Positions 16,781 through 23,150 of a stretch of DNA of 23,150 nt are shown one piece after another (the stretch's first letter is position 1; each line of letters begins with the position of its first letter). Below the pieces are notes generated by a model that saw only the letters and a list, made by a program, of their open reading frames with translations, made no database searches and had not been told where the DNA came from. The DNA comes from a virus. The position numbers and the translations under genes were made by a program. Location of the stretch: the IMG/VR virus record IMGVR_UViG_3300027754_000048. One strand, written 5' to 3'.

Positions 16781-18279
16781 TGATAGATTTCACTGAAAAT
16801 ATTGATTCGCTCGAGAAAATGGTTTGGAACTTCATTTTACATGAAGATAACGATCAAAGCGAGCTTAAGCCTAAGAATCACGATTCATTAAGAAGAGAAG
16901 AGTTGATCACAATGATCAAGTTTTCTTATTTTAATGAGGATGCTAGAAGTCAAGCTTTCAAAATTGCGCTAAAATTTTTTAGAGAATATGAAAAGATTCC
17001 CAATCGAAAAGAGCTAAAAAGCTATCTCGATTTAACAAATTATACAATAGATGATGATGACTTTGAAGACCTATATTCGTTTAATCTTAGAGAATATAAC
17101 TATGATTACCTCTACAAATACGTTCGCTCTTTTATTCTCCTCCGAAATCTTAATCTTACTGTATTTGATCTTCTCACGTATTTAAAGACAACTTCGATTG
17201 ATCCTGAAAATATAGATAAGATTTCAGAAAAAGTAAGAAATGATATAAGTAGTAAACTTGCTATTAATTTTTCGAGTGGAGATACTGGATTAAATTTTTT
17301 CAATCCTGATTCGCATATTCAGATTCCAAAAAATGGAAGCCCTACTGGTTTTCCTTTCTTCGATAAGGCGCTAGGTGGCGGATGGAATTTAAAAGCACTA
17401 GTTGTTTTCCAAGGAAGACCTAAAGTTGGTAAATCAATGGTTCTCGGTAACATTGCAGCTAGATCGTTTTTGATGGGAAATACTACTGGCCTAGTTACTG
17501 TAGAATTGCCCGAACGCCAATACATGAAACGTATTGGCTCTAACATATTGAATGTTCGATCAGATGAATACTCTGCAATTATTAACACAGAAAAAGCAAA
17601 AACTCTAAATGATAAAATTTCTTTAATTAAAGAGCAATGCAAAGGCGATCTTTATGTAAAAGAGTTTCCCACAGGTAGCGCTACCGCAATCGACATTGAA
17701 AATTACTTCTTACGTCTTGAGAGCAAGATCAATAAAAAATTCAAGATTATTGTCGTTGACTACTTGAATCTATTAAGACCTATTAAAGATCAAAATGGAC
17801 TCTATGAAAAAATAAAATGTATTTCAGAAGAGTTAAGAGGAGTTGCAATGAGAAATGAATGGTGTATAATTAGCGCAACGCAAATTAGAAGAGAAGACGT
17901 CGGTAATTTTGACTTGGGCATGGAATCTGTTGCTGAATCGTTTGGCTTGATCCATACAGTTGATTCTCTATTTGGATTGATGCGTAGTCCTCTTGACAGT
18001 AGAATGAAAATAAAAGTTATTGCAAATCGTGATAATGGATATGAGGAAAGCTATAAGTTCTATTCTATGCACAAAGATTTCTTTAGGCTAGTCGAAGAAG
18101 TAGGAGCCAACAGCGAATTTTATAGTGACGATGAAGAAGTAAATAAAATGCAGGATGAACTTAGAAGCGAATACTCAGGCATAACCACCGAAGAGACTCA
18201 AAAGCCATCTGTGCCACAGAAAGTTGAAGAAAATTTTGCGCCGGACGATGATTACGATGCTCTGTTTAATTCAATATAA
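16780..18279 (+). CDS. Replicative DnaB-family helicase, T4 gp41-like
   Basis: PTGFPFFDKALGGG, Walker A GRPKVGKS, VTVEL, Walker B IIVVDYLNLL, SEELRG.A, SATQIRR, AESFG. Confidence 0.95.
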   Translation: MIDFTENIDSLEKMVWNFILHEDNDQSELKPKNHDSLRREELITMIKFSYFNEDARSQAFKIALKFFREYEKIPNRKELKSYLDLTNYTIDDDDFEDLYSFNLREYNYDYLYKYVRSFILLRNLNLTVFDLLTYLKTTSIDPENIDKISEKVRNDISSKLAINFSSGDTGLNFFNPDSHIQIPKNGSPTGFPFFDKALGGGWNLKALVVFQGRPKVGKSMVLGNIAARSFLMGNTTGLVTVELPERQYMKRIGSNILNVRSDEYSAIINTEKAKTLNDKISLIKEQCKGDLYVKEFPTGSATAIDIENYFLRLESKINKKFKIIVVDYLNLLRPIKDQNGLYEKIKCISEELRGVAMRNEWCIISATQIRREDVGNFDLGMESVAESFGLIHTVDSLFGLMRSPLDSRMKIKVIANRDNGYEESYKFYSMHKDFFRLVEEVGANSEFYSDDEEVNKMQDELRSEYSGITTEETQKPSVPQKVEENFAPDDDYDALFNSI

Positions 18280-18294
18280 AATAATCAATAATGA

Positions 18295-18900
18295 ATGCTT
18301 CCAGATGAAACAGGAGAATATGCTGAATTAGACGAAAATGACGATCCTAATCTAGATAGTGAAGAAGAGTCTGATGTTGAAGAAGATATTACGCTTACCT
18401 TTAGGGAAGATAAGATCTTTAATAACCGATACAACACTGGAGAAGGCTTATCCCATTCGGATGAGTATACTTACTCCAATAAGATCTCAGTTTCTTTAGA
18501 CTATTCAGATGCATATCTGAAGGATCTATATGAATATGAAGAATCGCTAGAAAACTCTTTTATTCTTGATACGATCTTTAAATTCATACAGACCGATGAA
18601 ATAATTTTGAATATAATTGAGAGATCTACTAAAGATTCAAATACAACTAGATTAAAGCTATCAAAAGAAGAAGTAAATATCATTTTTAGCAGAATCAATG
18701 AAAAACTTGAAATTAAATCAAGTGTAATAATGTTTTATAGTCCAATCTATATTGTTGAAGTAATTGCATCACTCTCTTCAATTGAATATAGAAAACTATT
18801 TGACATGTTTGATACTGAAATTCAAGAGCTTCTACTAATTGAATTAAATAAAAAGTACAAGTTTTTAGAAGGAAAAATGCATAAAAAAAGAATACACTAA
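18295..18900 (+). CDS. Hypothetical protein with acidic N-terminus
   Basis: 201-aa ORF; D/E-rich first 35 aa; TAATG coupling to the next gene. Confidence 0.7.
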   Translation: MLPDETGEYAELDENDDPNLDSEEESDVEEDITLTFREDKIFNNRYNTGEGLSHSDEYTYSNKISVSLDYSDAYLKDLYEYEESLENSFILDTIFKFIQTDEIILNIIERSTKDSNTTRLKLSKEEVNIIFSRINEKLEIKSSVIMFYSPIYIVEVIASLSSIEYRKLFDMFDTEIQELLLIELNKKYKFLEGKMHKKRIH

Positions 18901-19124
18901 TGGCCTGGTTAAAAATTACACACACTGGCGGATGGGAAACGATCAACTTAGATCAAGTCTATCGTATTGCCGAAACCGCATCAACTGATCTTACGTTCTA
19001 TGATGCAAATTCAATTTTGCCAACGACGTATACGTTTGCCTCTTCTGCTGAGAAGGACGAATTTCTACAAAAGTTTGAGAGCATAATTAGACTTATTGAC
19101 ATCGATAAACTAGCACAACAGTGA
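18900..19124 (+). CDS. Hypothetical protein
   Basis: 74 aa; translationally coupled on both sides (TAATG, GTGA). Confidence 0.65.
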   Translation: MAWLKITHTGGWETINLDQVYRIAETASTDLTFYDANSILPTTYTFASSAEKDEFLQKFESIIRLIDIDKLAQQ

Positions 19125-20233
19125 TCAAATTAGAGAACATTCGTAAAATTTTTGTTCTTGGCGATCTTCACCTTGGAGTTAGGAATAATTCTCTTGAATG
19201 GTCAGAAATCCAAAGCGAATTTCTTTTGAATTTTTTTATTCAAAAGGTTGACGAAGAAGGTTTTGATCCTGAAAGAGATATTTTAGTGCAAGTCGGTGAT
19301 TGGAATCATGTTCGAGAGTCCACTAACACTAGAATTTACAAAGTTTCGTTAAATATTGCAAAAGAACTTTCAAAAAAGTTTAAACGCGGAGTCTATGTAA
19401 TTCTTGGAAACCATGACGTTTATTATAAAGATCGCAATGATACTCATTCATTAGAGGGATTTGATCAGATCTATCCGAACTTTCATGTTTTTGTAAACCC
19501 GGAAAGATTTCAAATAAACACTCATAAATTTTTATTAATGCCATGGATAGAGGACTCTGAAACTTTAAAATCAACTGTCTCTACTAATTCATGGGCCGAT
19601 TATATTTTTTGTCATGCAGACTTTAAGGGTGCTGTCTTAAATAAGGCGACCAAAGTAATGCATGGATTAGATAAAGATGACATACTAAGATTTAAGCGAG
19701 TATACTCAGGACATATTCATATTAGACAAGAAAAAGAGAATCTTCTCTATGTTGGAACTCCATATGAAATGGATAGAGGCGATCGAGGAAACCAAAAAGG
19801 CTTTTATGTTTTAGAAGTTTCTCAAAATAGTGTAGAAGAAAAATTTATAGCAAACACTTTTTCTCCAAGATATGTTAAGTATGATATTCTCGATCTGCTC
19901 AATTTATCTTTACCTGAAATAGAGCAGCTGTTTAAAAATAACTTTGTTGATATTTCACTCGAATCTGAATTTGCAAACAGATTTCCCATTGCTAGATTTA
20001 CTGAAATGGTCAAGGGATTTGGACAACGTCGACTTGATTTTATTTCCTATTCAAAGGAAATGGCAAAAACTAGTAGCGAAGTTGAAATAGACTCAAATTA
20101 TGAGTATAATATCTTTAAAGTATTAGAAGAGCATCTTGCTGTTTCTAATTTGCCCGAACATTTTTCAAAGCAGATTTTTGAGAAATTTAAAAGCGTTTAC
20201 GATTTATTGCGAAACAACAAGCAATACGAATAA
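19121..20233 (+). CDS. Recombination nuclease subunit, gp47/Mre11/SbcD-like
   Basis: Metallophosphoesterase motifs GDLHLG, VGDWNH, LGNHD, FCH, SGHIH, YVGTP. Confidence 0.95.
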   Translation: MIKLENIRKIFVLGDLHLGVRNNSLEWSEIQSEFLLNFFIQKVDEEGFDPERDILVQVGDWNHVRESTNTRIYKVSLNIAKELSKKFKRGVYVILGNHDVYYKDRNDTHSLEGFDQIYPNFHVFVNPERFQINTHKFLLMPWIEDSETLKSTVSTNSWADYIFCHADFKGAVLNKATKVMHGLDKDDILRFKRVYSGHIHIRQEKENLLYVGTPYEMDRGDRGNQKGFYVLEVSQNSVEEKFIANTFSPRYVKYDILDLLNLSLPEIEQLFKNNFVDISLESEFANRFPIARFTEMVKGFGQRRLDFISYSKEMAKTSSEVEIDSNYEYNIFKVLEEHLAVSNLPEHFSKQIFEKFKSVYDLLRNNKQYE

Positions 20234-21921
20234 TGAAATTACTTGAGCTCTCATATAAAAATATCTTGTCATACGGCAATCTTCTTCAAACTTTTAAGTT
20301 TGAGGACACTCCACAATTAGTTTTAGTTGAGGGAGAAAATGGATCTGGTAAATCTTCAATCAAAGAAGCGCTTACTGTCTCTATTTATGGAAGGTCTGCG
20401 ATTCGTAAGATGAAAGATATTCCAAATTGGATCAATAAGAACGCCTATACTCAAATAAAATTTCTTACAAATTCTGGTGATTTTATTGAGATTGGCCGAG
20501 GAATCGATCCTAATTTCAGTGATGTAAAAATAAATGGAGCTCAATTTAATCTTCCAGATAAGAGAAAAGTAGATGAATTTATCGAAGAAGAAATAGTAAA
20601 AATACCATTTACTGTATTCTGTAATACGATTAGTCTTTCTTTTGATGATTTTAAATCCTTTGTTAATTTAAGCCAAGCAGATAAACGTAAGATCGTTGAT
20701 AGAATTTTTGGCATCGATATTCTTACTGATATGCGGACGGTTGTAAAAGAAGACCTAAAACAAAATAGGCGTGAGCTTGAATCGGTAAAGTCTTTGATTG
20801 AGAGTCGTACTCAAACTTTACATTCTTCTGTTACTCAGCTTGACGAACTAAAAATCAGACTTTCAAAAAAGAAAGAAGCAAAGTCCGACGATCTTACACT
20901 CAAGATCGATCAAAGGAAACTATACTTAGCTGAGGTCAAATCTCAATATTCCTCCTTTAAATCAACTATTGACGACGTTCAAAAAAAGATAAACGCCGTT
21001 AGGAATGATAACGCAAACATTAGGGCTAGTATTTCTGATCTAAATGAAAAATTGGAGCTCTATCAAAAGAATCGATGTCCTCATTGCTTAAACGATCTTA
21101 CTAGCGAATCTTCAGTAAAAACAAAAGATGCTCTTATATCTCGTAAAAAGGTATTAGATGAAAAACTACCTGAATTAAGCTCTACTTTTACTTCATTAAC
21201 TGAAGAACTTAATAGGACGATCGACGAACAGAATCTTTCAAAAGAGGAATATTTCAAGATTAATGCTGATGTCGATCAGCTTTTAGCCGAACTTAGAAAT
21301 ACAATCGATTCGATTGAATCAGATGAAACTGAATCTATCCAGACAATAATTGAATCTTTACGTAATGAAGTATATGATAGTACTCAAACTGCCTCGTCTA
21401 AAGAACAGGAAGTTAATCTGTTCAGCACATTAGACGATCTATTGTCTGACACTGGAATCAAGAAAACGTTACTTGATAAAATCATTCCGACTTTAAATGC
21501 AAGAATATTTGAAATTTCTCAAAGGCTTGAATTTAAGTTTCAATTTGAATTCGACAGCGATTTTAATCCAATTATCACGTATCTTGGCATGCAAGTTTCT
21601 GCAGAAAGCCTTTCTAGCGGACAACGTAAGAAAATGAACCTAATAGTTCTTCTTGCATTCATTGAAATCATCAAAATGAAACATAGCCAAATGAATGTCA
21701 TGTTTTTAGATGAAATCTTTAGTTCATTAGATAAGAATAACGTGTATAAAGCAATAGAAATTCTTAAAGAATACGCAGAGCGTTATAATATGACAATCTT
21801 TGTAGTTTCTCACGAAGCCTTGCCTGAGGAATTTTTTAACGCTAAGATTTTAGTTGAATCATCAAATCACTTTTCTGAAATGAGAGTAGTAAAAGTTCAG
21901 TCCACTGTTACACACAAATAA
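20233..21921 (+). CDS. Recombination ATPase subunit, gp46/Rad50/SbcC-like
   Basis: Walker A GENGSGKS, coiled coils, Zn-hook CPHC, signature LSSGQ, Walker B/D-loop FLDEIFSSLD, H-loop VSH. Confidence 0.96.
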   Translation: MKLLELSYKNILSYGNLLQTFKFEDTPQLVLVEGENGSGKSSIKEALTVSIYGRSAIRKMKDIPNWINKNAYTQIKFLTNSGDFIEIGRGIDPNFSDVKINGAQFNLPDKRKVDEFIEEEIVKIPFTVFCNTISLSFDDFKSFVNLSQADKRKIVDRIFGIDILTDMRTVVKEDLKQNRRELESVKSLIESRTQTLHSSVTQLDELKIRLSKKKEAKSDDLTLKIDQRKLYLAEVKSQYSSFKSTIDDVQKKINAVRNDNANIRASISDLNEKLELYQKNRCPHCLNDLTSESSVKTKDALISRKKVLDEKLPELSSTFTSLTEELNRTIDEQNLSKEEYFKINADVDQLLAELRNTIDSIESDETESIQTIIESLRNEVYDSTQTASSKEQEVNLFSTLDDLLSDTGIKKTLLDKIIPTLNARIFEISQRLEFKFQFEFDSDFNPIITYLGMQVSAESLSSGQRKKMNLIVLLAFIEIIKMKHSQMNVMFLDEIFSSLDKNNVYKAIEILKEYAERYNMTIFVVSHEALPEEFFNAKILVESSNHFSEMRVVKVQSTVTHK

Positions 21922-23149
21922 ATCCGATTCCTCCAAATTCTGAGCTAGAATCACACCACTCAATTTTTTCAAAAGCTAGTTCTTGCCATAGCTGATCTAC
22001 TCGACAGTTAGCATTTCTGTGAAATAGCGTGTCTTTAATATCGTGAAAACCGATCCATCCTCCAGGTTTTACAAATTCCCTGTACATTTCAAAATCTGCT
22101 TTTACTCCTTCGTAAGTATGATCGCCATCAATAAAAAGAAAATCAAGTTTTATTTCTCCTAAAATGGTGGACAACTTTTTCTTCATTTCTGGTAAGTGAG
22201 AATTTCCATGAATGATATGGACATTGTTTCCTAACGATGTTAGATATTGATCTCTTTTTGTTAGATCATACATTCGACCAAAATTTCCATGCGGTAGATC
22301 AAGAGAAATATGTATACCATCTTTTGAGAGTTTACTCCAAATAGCAAAGGTTCCTCCCTGATCAGTACCTATTTCCATGAAGTTTTGTACCTCTAACTTA
22401 CGAAAAAATTCGGCTGCTCCCATAATTTCAGAATGATTTTGTACCATTCCCAAGTTATATGATTCTTGCACAATTTGTTCTACTCCAACTTCAGTCTTTC
22501 CGTTTTTCCAAAAATCTTGGATTGCGCTAATCACTTCCTTTGAATGTATCAAACGAGTACACTCAAACTGACGATCGGTCCCTTTGTGATCTGGACACCA
22601 GTTCCAATCGCTCGCATCTAGTCTCACTCGATTAAAGCAGCCATTGCAAGAATTTTTATTGAATATTCGAATCACAGTATCGTCCAGCATTTCAGTATTT
22701 GGAGTGCTAAAACCTGAAATAAGTACAGTCGGTGTGCCGACTGACCACGCAAGCCAACTTAAACCCGACCCAATACCAATAAACATGTCTGCGTGTTGTA
22801 GATAATTAATCGTAGATTCAATAGTTCTTATCCCATTAATCGTACATACTCCAATAGGATTATAATTTCCCATGTAACCGTCTTCTTCTTTGCTTAACAT
22901 TACGACTTCATATCCCTCATTAAGAAAGAAATCAGTTAGATCTTGCCAGCCAGTCGGATTGTTCCAGTATTTTGCTTGCGTAGTAGAATGAATTCCAAAA
23001 CATACGTATTTTTTACCTATTGGTCTTGGTAAAGAATCAGTTTTTATACGAGGTTTACGATGAGAAAACGGTAGACCTAGAATATCAGTAACGGTTTGTT
23101 GTAATGGAAGAGACTTGAAATCTCTAGGATGTAGCGTTTGATTATGTGT
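21908..23149 (-). CDS. TibC/AAH-like (GT9-related) O-heptosyltransferase fused to a C-terminal class I SAM methyltransferase; 5' end lies beyond the window
   Basis: The frame is open from 23149: HPRDFKSLPLQQTVTDILGL...KYVCFGIHSTTQAKYWNNPTGWQDL..., then LQHADMFIGIGSGLSWLAW, VLISGFS, CNGC..WCP.HK.TDRQFECTRLI. MTase motifs: MEIGTDQGGT, DFLFIDGDHTYEGV, KPGG.I.FHD. Confidence 0.85.
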   Translation of the reverse strand, partial: THNQTLHPRDFKSLPLQQTVTDILGLPFSHRKPRIKTDSLPRPIGKKYVCFGIHSTTQAKYWNNPTGWQDLTDFFLNEGYEVVMLSKEEDGYMGNYNPIGVCTINGIRTIESTINYLQHADMFIGIGSGLSWLAWSVGTPTVLISGFSTPNTEMLDDTVIRIFNKNSCNGCFNRVRLDASDWNWCPDHKGTDRQFECTRLIHSKEVISAIQDFWKNGKTEVGVEQIVQESYNLGMVQNHSEIMGAAEFFRKLEVQNFMEIGTDQGGTFAIWSKLSKDGIHISLDLPHGNFGRMYDLTKRDQYLTSLGNNVHIIHGNSHLPEMKKKLSTILGEIKLDFLFIDGDHTYEGVKADFEMYREFVKPGGWIGFHDIKDTLFHRNANCRVDQLWQELAFEKIEWCDSSSEFGGIGFICV

Positions 23150-23150
23150 A

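Noticed and set aside
2153-20544. Short alternative-frame and antisense ORFs in the track (e.g. 2153, 2772, 3293, 3674, 4033, 4429, 4820, 6355, 7291, 8511, 10161, 11010, 12308, 15213, 15338, 15585, 15779, 16570, 17112, 17319, 18501, 18713, 19380, 19822, 20356)
   Set aside because: They are nested in or overlap well-supported genes and lack recognisable motifs, so they are treated as shadow ORFs.
21908-21921. 14-nt convergent overlap between the gp46-like gene and the glycosyltransferase gene, with no terminator seen
   Set aside because: Short 3' overlaps are common in compact phage genomes; no evidence of a regulatory role.
1-23150. tRNA, rRNA, CRISPR arrays, tandem repeats or IS elements
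   Set aside because: Intergenic gaps are all under about 120 nt and are explained by terminators and promoters; no repeat arrays or cloverleaf-like sequences seen by eye.

Overview
AT-rich, gene-dense segment of a large T4-related (probably jumbo) myophage genome, most likely infecting a Bacteroidota host. The + strand is mostly a nucleotide-metabolism, replication and recombination module: partial NrdA, thioredoxin, gp32-like SSB, T4-type RNase H/5' nuclease, GroES, gp56-like dCTPase/dUTPase, the N-terminal half of a split family-B DNA polymerase, UvsX/RecA, gp41-like helicase and gp47/gp46 (Mre11/Rad50). Interspersed are host-like genes (OmpA-family outer-membrane protein, Hc1-like histone H1-like protein) and a lone, inverted 1012-aa tail sheath gene. 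A two-gene cassette behind a T4-late-like promoter encodes proteins with T4-style capsid-targeting N-termini, one of them a HExxH metalloprotease. At the right edge is a TibC/AAH-type protein O-heptosyltransferase fused to a SAM methyltransferase. I saw no RNA genes, CRISPR arrays or mobile elements. All family assignments come from motif recognition by eye, not from database searches.
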